Positions 34,828 to 51,802 are shown, counted from the first letter of the stretch. The stretch is DNA of 64,000 nt from Eledone cirrhosa (GCA_964016885.1 CAXHJY010001609.1:310001-374000), one strand, 5' to 3'. Translations and numbers: made by a program. Notes: generated by a model not told the origin, from the sequence alone.

Positions 34828-36154
34828 AGTGGAGATGGTCACGGTTGGAATTTCAATCATCAGCAGAGCTCAACAGAAAACCAGGGCTCTCACAGTAATA
34901 TAATCCGAAAAAGGGAATTCTAAAACTGGCTAGTTCGCCTTGATGTGTATTTATGAAAAAGCACATGAGGAAAAAACGGGGCTAGTGACGTCAGGATGGA
35001 AGTGAATGTTTATTTACAAGAAATAGCAGTCAAATACATTCTGAAAAAAAACTCTACAAAGGAGTTCAGCAAAATAGCAATAATTATCACAGTTTTTATG
35101 AAAAAAACCGGGATTAGTCACAGATAGTTTAAGCACTCTAGGAAAAGAATCCGAGTATAAATATAAATGAGAGGTATAGAGATTGTTTTAGCAAGAAGCT
35201 AACGGCATTCTATAACATATATGCGACTATAACGTCAAGATGGGAAAAGTAGTTAACGAAAGATTTAGGAAAAATAACTCAAACTCATCTCAAAAGAGAA
35301 TCAGGATATAAATTCATCCACAGAATTTAGTAAAATCCAGGGAAAATCTATAGACCTTTAACTCATGATAAAATAAAGTTTGAAACACTTATCCTTCAAT
35401 TTGGAATAACATCAAATGCTCTGTATAGTCTTAAAAGACTATTTCATGAAAATTTTCAGTGGAGATGGTCACGGTTGGAATTTCAATCATCAGCAGAGCT
35501 CAACAGAAAACCAGGGCTCTCACAGTAATATAATCCGAAAAAGGGAATTCTAAAACTGGCTAGTTCGCCTTCATGTGTATTTATGAAAAAGCACATGAGG
35601 AAAAAACGGGGCTAGTGACGTCAGGATGGAAGTGAATGTTTATTTACAAGAAATAGCAGTCAAATACATTCTGAAAAAAAACTCTACAAAGGAGTTCAGC
35701 AAAATAGCAATAATTATCACAGTTTTTATGAAAAAAACCGGGATTAGTCACAGATAGTTTAAGCACTCTAGGAAAAGAATCCGAGTATAAATATAAATGA
35801 GAGGTATAGAGATTGTTTTAGCAAGAAGCTAACGGCATTCTATAACATATATGCGACTATAACGTCAAGATGGGAAAAGTAGTTAACGAAAGATTTAGGA
35901 AAAATAACTCAAACTCATCTCAAAAGAGAATCAGGATATAAATTCATCCACAGAATTTAGTAAAATCCAGGGAAAATCTATAGGCCTTTAACTCATGATA
36001 AAATAAAGTTTGAAACACTTATCCTTCAATTTGGAATAACATCAAATGCTCTGTATAGTCTTAAAAGACTATTTCATGAAAACTTTCAGTGGAGATGGTC
36101 ACGGTTGGAATTTCAATCATCAGCAGAGCTCAACAGAAAACCAGGGCTCTCACA
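34828..36154 (-). repeat. Array C, 630-bp unit, ~2.1 copies, HHR on minus strand
   Basis: ggagatggtc recurs at 34831, 35461 and 36091. Confidence 0.92.
35418..35499 (-). ncRNA. Type I hammerhead ribozyme of family C with a stable stem III (second copy at 36048-36129)
   Basis: Minus: gctctg-CTGATGA-ttgaaatt...aattttcat-GAAA-tagtct-ttta-agacta-TA-cagagc; AUA triplet. Confidence 0.88.
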
Positions 36155-36349
36155 TATATCTATATATCTATATATCTATATATATATATCTATATATCTA
36201 TATATATATATCTATATCTATATATCTATATATCTATATATATATATCTATATATCTATATATATATATATAATCTATATATATATATATATATATATAT
36301 ATCTATATATATATATATCTATATATATATATATCTATATATATATATA

Positions 36350-36396
<47 letters not shown>

Positions 36397-36428
36397 ATAT
36401 ATATATATATATATATCTATATATATAT

Positions 36429-36459
<31 letters not shown>

Positions 36460-36663
36460 TATATCTATATATATATATGTAGATAAATCTACCAAGAGTT
36501 TACGGTAGTGTCCAATCCGTATGAAGAACTCAATGTATTCCGGATATCATGGAAAGAGATGTAATGAAAAATCACTTTCGGTGAAAGATAAACGGTATAC
36601 AGAGTCAAGATAAAATATTAAACAAATAATGAATAAACAATTCCTTATATTAAACAAAAAAAG

Positions 36664-36817
36664 TTCATTATTTAACGATCGTTTCTAGGATATATATGTG
36701 TTAGAGTTGGCATGCATATTCAACAGATCTATGTACAAAATTATACAAAATTATACAAACTATCAAGATTAAATATACATACCAACACATATATACGCCG
36801 TCTTCAGAAATAATGAA
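36664..36817 (-). ncRNA. Type I hammerhead in the PLE pLTR, with a very long stem II insertion
   Basis: Minus: ttcattattt-CTGAAGA-cggcg-tatatatgtgtt...aacacatatata-tccta-GAAA-cgatcg-TT-aaataatgaa. Perfect 10-bp stem I, palindromic stem III, GUU triplet. Confidence 0.82.
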
Positions 36818-37449
36818 ATATTGATAATAACAACAATTCAAACTTTCAGGTCCGTTTGGGAACAAAATTGACCAATGAAAATACAAAAGGTTTAATGCAG
36901 TTCGGTGTGTGTATATACATGTAACAACCCTTACACATATTTTACAAAAATGTATGCACAACCTGTATACGCATACAAAAAGGATGGATGCAAATACAAA
37001 ATTTCAAGGTTAATGTCTCTGTAAGTTTATAATGCACAGATAAGATGCGTATAGATACATAAATATGAAATAAGTGTATACACATATTTTCATACTAACA
37101 CATATCCGTACAATCACACATACACGCGCGTATATGCATAAACATACACATAAACTACGAACAAACAAACACACACACACCCCCACTCACATATATATAT
37201 GTGGATATAAAATCCTAAGCACATGGATATTAATTCACTCACATAAACACTGGCACACACATTTAGATAAAGATACAGAAATTAGGTGGGAGGGGGGGGA
37301 GAGAGGTCAGTATTCAACGGTTTGGGCTGACTGCTTAATATAGATGTATCTATAAACTAAGAAAATAAAAAATAATAAATAATAAATAAACATTAAAAAG
37401 GAAAGAAAAGAAAAAGAAAAAAGAAAAAAGAAAAAAGAAATATATCAAG

Positions 37450-37493
<44 letters not shown>

Positions 37494-37655
37494 CACACAC
37501 ACACACACACATATATATACATACACATATACAAACACATACATACATATACACACATCCACACTTAGAACATACATACACACACATATATAAACATATA
37601 CATATACACACATACATACATATACACACATACATATAAATACACATATATATAT

Positions 37656-37706
<51 letters not shown>

Positions 37707-37990
37707 CACTCATACATACACATATAATCACACATACTATATAGACATACATATATATACACTCATACACACACATATACATACACTTACATACATATAT
37801 ACATACAGATATACACATACATACCTATATATACACACAAATACATACAGACATATATACATACATACAGACAAATACTTACGCATCTATATATCGGTAT
37901 ATATATACAAACACCACTACACTCTCACACAACTCAGACATACAAAGAAAAAGGTATATACCCATACACATATACATATACAAATAGAGA

Positions 37991-38075
<85 letters not shown>

Positions 38076-38269
38076 CACACATACATACATACACATACAT
38101 ACATATACATACATGTACACACACATAGATATATATACACACACATACACACATACACATACAGTCATACACACACATACACCTACACGAACATACACAT
38201 ACACATATACAAATATATATATACACACACACACACACATACACACACACACATATATATAAAAAAAAT

Positions 38270-38330
<61 letters not shown>

Positions 38331-38916
38331 CATACATACACATACATACACACATACATAGACATATATGTACATACATCCATATACATAGATACATACA
38401 CACACATACATACATATATATATACACACATAGATATATACATACATACACACACAACATACATACACACATACATACTCATACATAGAATTAGATTTAT
38501 AATCATACATACATACGCACTTACATATACTCATATATACAAATACAAACGCATCCATATATGCGTATATACATAGAAACACCACTACACCCTCACCCAA
38601 CTCAGACATCCAAAGAAAAAGGCATATACATATACATATATACACGCATTAATAGAGATATATATACACATATATATATATATATATATACACACATACA
38701 CTTATATACATATACCCACACACACATACAACCATAAATACACATACAAACACCCACATATATATATATATACACACACATAAAAAACAGACATGCACAT
38801 ATATATATTTTTTTACACATATATATACACATATATATACATATACACACCCTCACATATACACACATACACATAAGTTATATTATAATAATAAATAATA
38901 TATATATACACATACA

Positions 38917-38967
<51 letters not shown>

Positions 38968-39227
38968 GAATATAGACATATATACACACACAGATATACA
39001 TACATATATATATACACATACATATACACACACACACATATACACATTCACATATATATGTGTGTGCACACACACATATATATACATACACACATATACA
39101 CATAAACACATATATGTGTATACATGCACACACACACATATATCCACATAGATACGAAGATAGACATATAAATAGAGAGACATACATATATATACACACA
39201 CACATATACATACATACATACACACAC

Positions 39228-39310
<83 letters not shown>

Positions 39311-40624
39311 CAGACATACACATACACATACACATGCATATATACACATATACACATACATACACACATATATATATACACACACAATCTTACATTCTTA
39401 TTTGCATGCGCATATATGTATTTTTATATTCAGATATAAATACGCAAATATATATACACCTACCTACATATATATTCATACATACACGCTTACAAACACA
39501 GATGATAATAGTATGGGGGAAAGGGGGGGGGTTGGAGAAGGGGATTATAGTAAATATATGTTTCAAGAAACATAGAATATTATCCGTATCTAGATCCAAT
39601 GTATGTTTTTACATAGTATCAGTGTTAGGAAATACAATAAACAAGAAATAAGGCAAAATTTATGCATTTCAAAATAAATAAGTATACCATTAATTATATG
39701 TTAACTAAACTAAAGATAGTTAACATATTGATTTCTAAGGTGTAAATTAGTTAGTTTTATAATATTTGAAGCAGAGTTTTGAAGTTAAATAGTAGTAGAG
39801 TATTAATTATAGTATAACTAAATTAAAGTTAATAACGTTATGGTATCAATATTAGGAAATGAATTTAGTAATAGGGAAAAAACAAATAAAGTATTACATC
39901 GGTAGTAGAATATAAATTATAGGTTAATTAAATTAAAAATTATATATTTATTTCTATAGTATATGTTAATTAGGTATATAATAAATAAAACAGATATTGT
40001 ATTTTATCAATAGCAGAATATAATTATATGCAAATAGAAATCAAAATTAATACATATACATATACATATACATACACATATATATATACACATATATATA
40101 CACATATATACACATATATACACATATACATACGCACACACATACACATACACATATACATATACATATTTTTTCAAAAATTGCAAAGAATATATTAACT
40201 AGGTATAAATCCAAAACACATCCCATTCTATGATTACATGACATTCTGCAATTCGTCTGTATAAGGATATTAATTTTAAGCCAATTAAATTAAATTTTTA
40301 GGTTGATTAAAATTAAAACCAAATTATAAATATATTTCTAAAATGTATATTAATTAGGTCTATAATACTAAAAATTATTTCTCTGTCATTGGATACACGA
40401 TATTTTGTTATATTTTATCTGTAAAAGAATTATAATAAAAGGTTTAAATAAATTAAAATTAATCTATAAATTAAATTACTAAGTATATATTAGTAATATT
40501 TAAAGGTTTTTCACAATTTATGATTACATAATATTTTATATTCTCATCTGTAATAGAATTTTAATTAAATTAAATTTATAGGTTAACTAACATTTAAATT
40601 AAATTAATTTCTAAAATAATGTTA

Positions 40625-43066
40625 TTAATTAGGTTTATAATATTTAAATGTTTTTTTTAGTTTATGATTACACGATATAATTAATTCCTGTCGTTTATTT
40701 AATAGGATATCCTTAGATTTCATTATTTCAAATAGTTCTTGGGAACATAATCTACATTCATTTCTATTATTTTGATAAGGGGTGGCTCTTTTGAGCACAC
40801 TCCAGGTCAAATCATATTCTATATTCTTATTTTTATAACTATTGATTTTTTCTGCTAGAGATGTTGTATTAGCCAGTGCGGCATTTTTAAAACTATGCTT
40901 GTGGGTATTAAACCTTGTCTTAAAATTGTTAGAGGTAGCTCCTATATATGAGCAAATAGAATCTTTAGTTTTAACATTACATTTATAGACTATGTTGTTA
41001 ACAAGACAATTCCCTTTTAATGGGCAGTTTGCTTTGTTTCTACAGTTACAACCTTTCGTTAATTCTGTATTTGAGGAGATATTATGGTTAATTTGATGTA
41101 CTGGTGGTATACTTATGGTTTTCTTACATTTATATGCATTATAGGCACTTATATTTTGTTTTATGTTATTTGTTGTAGAGTATGAGAATTTAACTGTAGA
41201 CCTATTTAAGATTTGATGGTATTTGTGGTTTGGCGGGAAGTTTTTCTCTAGGATATAAAAAATTTTTTTAGCAATATTATCCTTAATTTGTAAATTAAAT
41301 GGAGCATTATACCAAGTAACCCGTCTATTACGGTTTCTATGTTGTTTATTATTTTTATTATTTTTATAGGTTGTATCGTGATTTTTACTAGGAGGATTAA
41401 TATTAATGATCTCACCACAACCATTTTTAGTTATATTTGTAGATTTAGGTGTTTTATCCTTTTTATTAGGAGTTTTATTATTAATATTTATTAGAGTTGT
41501 ATGATAAGTAGTTTTTTGAGAGTTACTATACTTTATATTAGAAGATTTGGTATTTTGGGGTATAGTGTGGGTGGCATTTAGGTGTGTACTTTTCATTTGG
41601 TGTTTGTTGGTAATATTAGGTTGTATGCTTTCAGTATTTTTAGTAGAAGGTATATATTCTAATCTATTTTTGTGGCCACTTCTATCTAGAGCTTCGTTAT
41701 AGAAGGTCGCATTTTTATCAAATACATCTTGGTTAGAAGAAAGGTTAGAAATTCTAAGTGATATATTATATGCAAGGTTTTTAAGGATAGATTTAGGGTG
41801 ATTAGATTGTGAGTGTATGTAATGTAAGTTTTGGTTTGGTTTATGGTAAGGTTGGTAGATACCCGTAGCTAAATCTAAAGTTATATCTAGGAAATTTACT
41901 ACTTTACTTGTTTTTTCAAAAGTAATATTAAGATTATAATAGTCTTTAAGGAAAGTTCTAATATGTTTTTTGTTTTTTTCAATTTCTGAAAGGCTAAGGT
42001 TGTTAGAAAGAAGAAGACAGTCATCACGATATAAACCACCTTTGAGGTGGGGAAAGGAGGCATTTATGTTGAAAAGGAGAAAGAGGCCCACAAGATCAGT
42101 AATTTGGGCGGAATCGCTTGAACCCATAGTAATATCAAAAAGATTACTATATGTGTTTCTGGTCCAGTATTCATTCTGAAATTCAATAAGTGTTAGTCTA
42201 GCATGTGTAATAATATTAATGTCATCCAAAGTTAAGTTAGATCTACTTTTAGCAAATATCAATGCTTTGTTCAGGAGTATAGGTGATATAGAAGAATAGT
42301 AATTATCTATATCAAATTGTAGAAATGAAGCAGAAGATTTACATCTAATATTTTTAAACCAGTTAATTACCTGGGAGGTGTTTTCCCAGAGTGGTAAAAT
42401 AACGTGTTTTCTTATTTGTGGGATGACTCTATCCAAAATTTTTTTGCTAATTATTCCAATATCTGATTTGGAGGGACATATAAGTCTAATAGAAGGATTT
42501 GAGTTAAAGTTTGATTTATGATCCTTCAGGTTGAAGTGTGGTCTTTTCAATGCCAAAGGTTCAGTTCTATCTTCAATGTTTAGTTTTTTTACTATGTTGT
42601 GTGTTTTGTTGTTGATGTTGGTGAGTGACGCATTATTAGATTTTTTATAATTTTTTCTGAGTTCTTTATATATGAACTCATTATAATGTTCAATATCCAT
42701 ATGATACAAGTTACCAGTTTTGTCCGAGTGGACATGGATTTTTTTAGACTTTTTTAGGTCCAATAGGGTAGAATCAAGGTCCTTTTGAAAGACGGATTTA
42801 TACTTTTTAAATTTGAGGTGTTTAATTAAATTAAAAAGGTCTTTCTCGAAGTCTTCAAGTAAAAAGTTGTGTGGTGGATTCTTGTAAGTATTGAAATCAT
42901 ACATATATTTCCGATCTGCTTGTTTAGATTTTCTATCGAAATGGTAGGCTCTCCATCTAACCCTTCTGATAAAATTATTAGTTTTTTGAATCATAAGGAG
43001 TAAGAAGTCATCCTTAGAAGGTATTGGTATGTTTTTTAAAGAGGTTCCTAAATATTGTTTTTCCAT
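40625..43066 (-). CDS. PLE polyprotein: reverse transcriptase plus C-terminal GIY-YIG endonuclease (Naiad-like motifs)
   Basis: SDKTGN, RLICP, QFDIDNYYSSI, FDITMGS.D.AQ..DLVGL, GLYRDD, FLDITLDL, SNHP, CNCRNKANCP..GNC, IVYKC...YIGAT, CRLC. Frame open from 43087; first ATG at 43066. Confidence 0.93.
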   Translation of the reverse strand: MEKQYLGTSLKNIPIPSKDDFLLLMIQKTNNFIRRVRWRAYHFDRKSKQADRKYMYDFNTYKNPPHNFLLEDFEKDLFNLIKHLKFKKYKSVFQKDLDSTLLDLKKSKKIHVHSDKTGNLYHMDIEHYNEFIYKELRKNYKKSNNASLTNINNKTHNIVKKLNIEDRTEPLALKRPHFNLKDHKSNFNSNPSIRLICPSKSDIGIISKKILDRVIPQIRKHVILPLWENTSQVINWFKNIRCKSSASFLQFDIDNYYSSISPILLNKALIFAKSRSNLTLDDINIITHARLTLIEFQNEYWTRNTYSNLFDITMGSSDSAQITDLVGLFLLFNINASFPHLKGGLYRDDCLLLSNNLSLSEIEKNKKHIRTFLKDYYNLNITFEKTSKVVNFLDITLDLATGIYQPYHKPNQNLHYIHSQSNHPKSILKNLAYNISLRISNLSSNQDVFDKNATFYNEALDRSGHKNRLEYIPSTKNTESIQPNITNKHQMKSTHLNATHTIPQNTKSSNIKYSNSQKTTYHTTLININNKTPNKKDKTPKSTNITKNGCGEIININPPSKNHDTTYKNNKNNKQHRNRNRRVTWYNAPFNLQIKDNIAKKIFYILEKNFPPNHKYHQILNRSTVKFSYSTTNNIKQNISAYNAYKCKKTISIPPVHQINHNISSNTELTKGCNCRNKANCPLKGNCLVNNIVYKCNVKTKDSICSYIGATSNNFKTRFNTHKHSFKNAALANTTSLAEKINSYKNKNIEYDLTWSVLKRATPYQNNRNECRLCSQELFEIMKSKDILLNKRQELIISCNHKLKKTFKYYKPN

Positions 43067-43596
43067 TGTGATATGGATGATGGACAATTGAAAGAGCTCA
43101 ACTAAATGTATATGGGTTTATAAAATCATACATATATATGTATATACATAAATATAAAATTAATACACACATACAGTACAAAAATACGAATATTTCCGTG
43201 AAAATAGGAGCAAAATTATGTAGATAAATCTACCAAGAGTTTACGGTAGTGTCCAATCCGTATGAAGAACTCAATGTATTCCGGATATCATGGAAAGAAG
43301 AGATGTAATGAAAAATCACTTTCGGTGAAAGATAAACGGTATACAGAGTCAAGATAAAATATTAAACAAATAATGAATAAACAATTCCTTATATTAAACA
43401 AAAAAAGGTTCATTATTTAACGATCGTTTCTAGGATATATATGTGTTATGTATGTGTATATCTGTATGTGTATATGTGTTATGTATGTGTATATCTGTAT
43501 GTATATATGTATGTAAGTGTATGTATATGTGTGTGTATGAGTGTATATATATGTATGTCTATATAGTATGTGTGATTATATGTGTATGTATGAGTG

Positions 43597-43635
<39 letters not shown>

Positions 43636-43797
43636 ATATATATATGTGTATTTATATGTATGTGTGTATATGTATGTATGTGTGTATATGTATATGTTTA
43701 TATATGTGTGTGTATGTATGTTCTAAGTGTGGATGTGTGTATATGTATGTATGTGTTTGTATATGTGTATGTATATATATGTGTGTGTGTGTGTGTG

Positions 43798-43855
<58 letters not shown>

Positions 43856-44493
43856 CTTGATATATTTCTTTTTTCTTTTTTCTTTTTTCTTTTTCTTTTC
43901 TTTCCTTTTTAATGTTTATTTATTATTTATTATTTTTTATTTTCTTAGTTTATAGATACATCTATATTAAGCAGTCAGCCCAAACCGTTGAATACTGACC
44001 TCTCTCCCCCCCCTCCCACCTAATTTCTGTATCTTTATCTAAATGTGTGTGCCAGTGTTTATGTGAGTGAATTAATATCCATGTGCTTAGGATTTTATAT
44101 CCACATATATATATGTGAGTGGGGGTGTGTGTGTGTTTGTTTGTTCGTAGTTTATGTGTATGTTTATGCATATACGCGCGTGTATGTGTGATTGTACGGA
44201 TATGTGTTAGTATGAAAATATGTGTATACACTTATTTCATATTTATGTATCTATACGCATCTTATCTGTGCATTATAAACTTACAGAGACATTAACCTTG
44301 AAATTTTGTATTTGCATCCATCCTTTTTGTATGCGTATACAGGTTGTGCATACATTTTTGTAAAATATGTGTAAGGGTTGTTACATGTATATACACACAC
44401 CGAACTGCATTAAACCTTTTGTATTTTCATTGGTCAATTTTGTTCCCAAACGGACCTGAAAGTTTGAATTGTTGTTATTATCAATAAATATAT

Positions 44494-44647
44494 TTCATTA
44501 TTTCTGAAGACGGCGTATATATGTGTTGGTATGTATATTTAATCTTGATAGTTTGTATAATTTTGTATAATTTTGTACATAGATCTGTTGAATATGCATG
44601 CCAACTCTAACACATATATATCCTAGAAACGATCGTTAAATAATGAA
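44494..44647 (+). ncRNA. Hammerhead in the inverted pLTR copy
   Basis: Same motif as 36664-36817, read on plus: CTGAAGA at 44504, GAAA at 44626. Confidence 0.82.
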
Positions 44648-44701
44648 CTTTTTTTGTTTAATATAAGGAATTGTTTATTCATTATTTGTTTAATATTTTA
44701 T

Positions 44702-44744
44702 ATATATATATATATATATCTATATATATATATATATATCTTTA

Positions 44745-44835
<91 letters not shown>

Positions 44836-44858
44836 ATATATATATATATATATATATA

Positions 44859-44895
<37 letters not shown>

Positions 44896-45032
44896 ATATA
44901 TATATCTATATATATATATATATATATATATCTATATATATATATATATCTATATATATATATATATCTATATATATATATATATCTATATATATATATA
45001 TATCTATATATATATATCTATATCTATATATA

Positions 45033-45081
<49 letters not shown>

Positions 45082-45084
45082 ATA

Positions 45085-45119
<35 letters not shown>

Positions 45120-45400
45120 ATATATATATATATATCTATATATATATATCTATATATATATATCTATATATATCTATATATATATATCTATATATATCTA
45201 TATCTATCTATATATATCTATATCTATATATATCTATATATATCTATATCTATATATATCTATATATATATATATCTATATATATCTATATATATATATA
45301 TATATATCTATATATATATCTATATCTATATATATCTATATATATATCTATATCTATATAAATCTCTCTATATATATATATCTATATATATATATATATA
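44702..45400. repeat. (TA)n/(TATC)n microsatellite
   Basis: Directly visible. Confidence 0.9.
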
Positions 45401-46510
45401 GTAAATAAACATTCACTTCCATCCTGACGTCACTAGCCCCGTTTTTTCCTCATGTGCTTTTTCATAAATACACATGAAGGCGAACTAGCCAGTTTTAGAA
45501 TTCCCTTTTTCGGACTATATTACTGTGAGAGCCCTGGTTTTCTGTTGAGCTCTGCTGATGAATGATATTCCAACCGTGACCATCTCCACTGAAAGTTTTC
45601 ATGAAATAGTCTTTTAAGACTATACAGAGCATTTGATGTTATTCCAAATTGAAGGATAAGTGTTTCAAACTTTGTTTTATCATGAGTTAAAGGTCTATAG
45701 ATTTTTCCATGGATTTTACTAAATTCTGTGGATGAATTTGTATCCTGATTCTCTTTTGAGATGAGTTTGAGTTATTTTTCCTAAATCTTTCGTTAACTAC
45801 TTTTCCCATCTTGACGTTATAGTCGCATATATGTTATAGAATGCCGTTAGCTTCTTGCTAAAACAATCTCTATACGTCTCATTTATATTTATACTCGGAT
45901 TCTTTTCCTAGAGTGCTTAAACTATCTGTGACTAATCACGGTTTTTTTCATAAAAACTGTGATAATTATTGCTATTTTTGCTGAACTCCTTGTAGAGTTT
46001 TTTTCAGAATGTATTTGACTGCTATTTCTTGTAAATAAACATTCACTTCCATCCTGACGTCACTAGCCCCGTTTTTTCCTCATGTGCTTTTTCATAAATA
46101 CACATGAAGGCGAACTAGCCAGTTTTAGAATTCCCTTTTTCGGACTATATTACTGTGAGAGCCCTGGTTTTCTGTTGAGCTCTGCTGATGAATGATATTC
46201 CAACCGTGACCATCTCCACTGAAAGTTTTCATGAAATAGTCTTTTAAGACTATACAGAGCATTTGATGTTATTCCAAATTGAAGGATAAGTGTTTCAAAC
46301 TTTGTTTTATCATGAATTAAAGGTCTATAGATTTTTCCATGGATTTTACTAAATTCTGTGGATGAATTTGTATCCTGATTCTCTTTTGAGATGAGTTTGA
46401 GTTATTTTTCCTAAATCTTTCGTTAACTACTTTTCCCATCTTGACGTTATAGTCGCATATATGTTATAGAATGCCGTTAGCTTCTTGCTAAAACAATCTC
46501 TATACGTCTC

Positions 46511-46517
<7 letters not shown>
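45401..46517 (+). repeat. Array C, second locus, opposite orientation, ~1.8 units of 630 bp
   Basis: gtaaataaac at 45401 and 46031; reverse complement of the 34828-36154 unit with several substitutions. Confidence 0.92.
45549..45630 (+). ncRNA. Family C hammerhead (second copy at 46179-46260)
   Basis: gctctg-CTGATGA-atga...tcat-GAAA-tagtcttttaagacta-TA-cagagc. Confidence 0.88.
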
Positions 46518-49122
<2,605 letters not shown>

Positions 49123-50316
49123 ATAAATTGAAACAAAATGAAAACGAAATTTCATTTCTCACTCTTAATATGGCACTTACTTAAATGTAAGTATGCATGT
49201 ATACGTACATACATATATGTATACAGACGTACAGTAGCATGCACATATATATATATATATATACATATATACATACATATGCATACAGGTACACATACAT
49301 ATATGCACGTATCAGTTTAGCGGCGCTAACGTCGCTTTGTTCGTTTGTAAACAAACTGAACAGCCTGAATTTATGCCATACGGTGTTAAGGCAACCACGT
49401 CACCTTTTTGTTCAACACTGACACAGGAACGATGTACTAGTTTCAAGCTTGTTAGCTATCATCAGCACCGTTTACCCATCTGCCAGATAGTTGAACGTTC
49501 GAAAGTATATACTTTCCTTATGAAAATTAACGGCTGAGCAGCCTAATTTGCATATTGAGTGAGTTAAATCGGTCAGGCATACCGAAAACGATAAATTGAA
49601 ACAAAATGAAAACGAAATTTCATTTCTCACTCTTAGTATGGCACTTACTTAAATGTAAGTATGCATGTATACGTACATACATATATGTATACAGACGTAC
49701 AGTAGCATGCACATATATATATATATATATACATATATACATACATATGCATACAGGTACACATACATATATGCACGTATCAGTTTAGCGGCGCTAACGT
49801 CGCTTTGTTCGTTTGTAAACAAACTGAACAGCCTGAATTTATGCCATACGGTGTTAAGGCAACCACGTCACCTTTTTGTTCAACACTGACACAGGAACGA
49901 TGTACTAGTTTCAAGCTTGTTAGCTATCATCAGCACCGTTTACCCATCTGCCAGATAGTTGAACGTTCGAAAGTATATACTTTCCTTATGAAAATTAACG
50001 GCTGAGCAGCCTAATTTGCATATTGAGTGAGTTAAATCGGTCAGGCATACCGAAAACGATAAATTGAAACAAAATGAAAACGAAATTTCATTTCTCACTC
50101 TTAGTATGGCACTTACTTAAATGTAAGTATGCATGTATACGTACATACATATATGTATACAGACGTACAGTAGCATGCACATATATATATATATATATAC
50201 ATATATACATACATATGCATACAGGTACACATACATATATGCACGTATCAGTTTAGCGGCGCTAACGTCGCTTTGTTCGTTTGTAAACAAACTGAACAGC
50301 CTGAATTTATGCCATA
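49123..50316 (-). repeat. Array A' (468-bp unit), ~2.5 copies; HHRs at 49428-49472 and 49896-49940
   Basis: ORF track period 468 (49138, 49606, 50074); same diagnostic sequence as the 32427 array. Confidence 0.92.
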
Positions 50317-50815
50317 TGTTATATATATATATCTATATATATATATATCTATATATATATATCTATATATATATATCTATATATATCTATATATATATAT
50401 CTATATATATATATCTATATATATATATATCTATATATATATATCTATATATATATATCTATATATATATATCTATATCTATATATATATATCTATATAT
50501 ATATATCTATATATATATATCTATATATATATATCTATATATATATATCTATATATATATATCTATATATATATATATCTATATATATATATATCTATAT
50601 ATATATATCTATATATATATATCTATATATATATATCTATATATATATATCTATATCTATATATCTATATCTATATATATATATCTATATATATATATAT
50701 ATCTATCTATCTATATATATATATATATCTATCTATATATATATCTATCTATCTATCTATATATATATATATATCTATCTATATATATATATATATCTAT
50801 CTATATCTATATATA

Positions 50816-50857
<42 letters not shown>

Positions 50858-50860
<3 letters not shown>

Positions 50861-51802
50861 TCATCATCATCATCATCAACGTTTAACGTCCGTGTTCCAC
50901 GCTTGCATGGGTTTGGACGGGGGTAGTCCCACTTGAGGCAAGAGTGATTGTCTTGCTCGCATAGGACTGTCTGGCAGGTTTTCTACAGTTGGATGCCCTT
51001 CCTAACACCAACCACATTTACAGTGTGGGTCTGGGAGGTTTTTACCGTGTTGCCTACACGGCCACATTACAGCGTGGACTGTGTGTTTTTTTGTCGTGAC
51101 ACCTACACGATCTCATTTGTTTCGGCCTGGATGGCGCGGCACCAACATAACTTTACATAGAACGGGGTGGTGTGGATGGGGTGGGGGTGGTGGCGGGACG
51201 GGGTGTATTTTGTTAGAGATGCCTACTGGCAAGGCGGGTCTTCTCTGTTACTGAGTACCGCCAAAGGTCACGGTCCAGTGACATTGTCTTGGAGAGGTGT
51301 AAGTGTGTGAGGTCGGAGTTTATCAGCTCATCCCATGTTTTTCTAGGTCTGCCTATTCCGTGGCTACCGTCTATCTTTATTGCCCTGCACTTTGTAATAC
51401 AGCTATCGACTTTCATGCGCATCACGTGTCCATACCAACGCAGCCTTCTCTCGAGTAAACAACATCTGATCCCTCTTATCTCTAATTTTTTCCTTAGTTC
51501 GTTTATGCTTTGCCGTTCACGTATATTACTGTTACACATCCAGCGGAGCATGCAAGCTTCGTTCCTCTCTAGTCTGCGTATATCCTCTGCACACAATGCC
51601 CAGGTCTCACTACCATGCAACATTGCTGTTCGTATGCAGGCATCGTACAACCTGCCTTTCATTTTTAGGGAGAACCCTTTAGCAGCTAATAGTGGTATAA
51701 GCTCTCTGAACTTTTTCCAACCAGTTCTGACTCTAGCTACAGTACTTTCAGAGCACCCTCCCCCACTGCTGATTTTATCGCCCAGGTAACGGAAGCTGTC
51801 CA
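50858..51802 (-). mobile_element. 5'-truncated RTE LINE 3' fragment (different subfamily from the 20677 copy) with (ATG)n tail
   Basis: ORF 51213-51803 DSFRYLG...MLHGSETW...RRLRWYGHVMR...GRPRKTW; (cat)n at 50858. Confidence 0.9.

Larger units (their letters stand above)
36478..44701 (-). mobile_element. Penelope-like element with intact ORF, partial tandem terminal repeat and inverted 5' pLTR
   Basis: 820-aa RT plus GIY-YIG ORF. 43220-43448 directly repeats 36479-36703. 43449-44701 is an inverted copy of ~36610-37823. HHRs lie in the repeats; (TA)n on both flanks. Confidence 0.92.

Noticed and set aside
40625-43087. Selenocysteine recoding, as reported for some Naiad PLEs
   Set aside because: The ORF has no in-frame TGA and ends in TAA.
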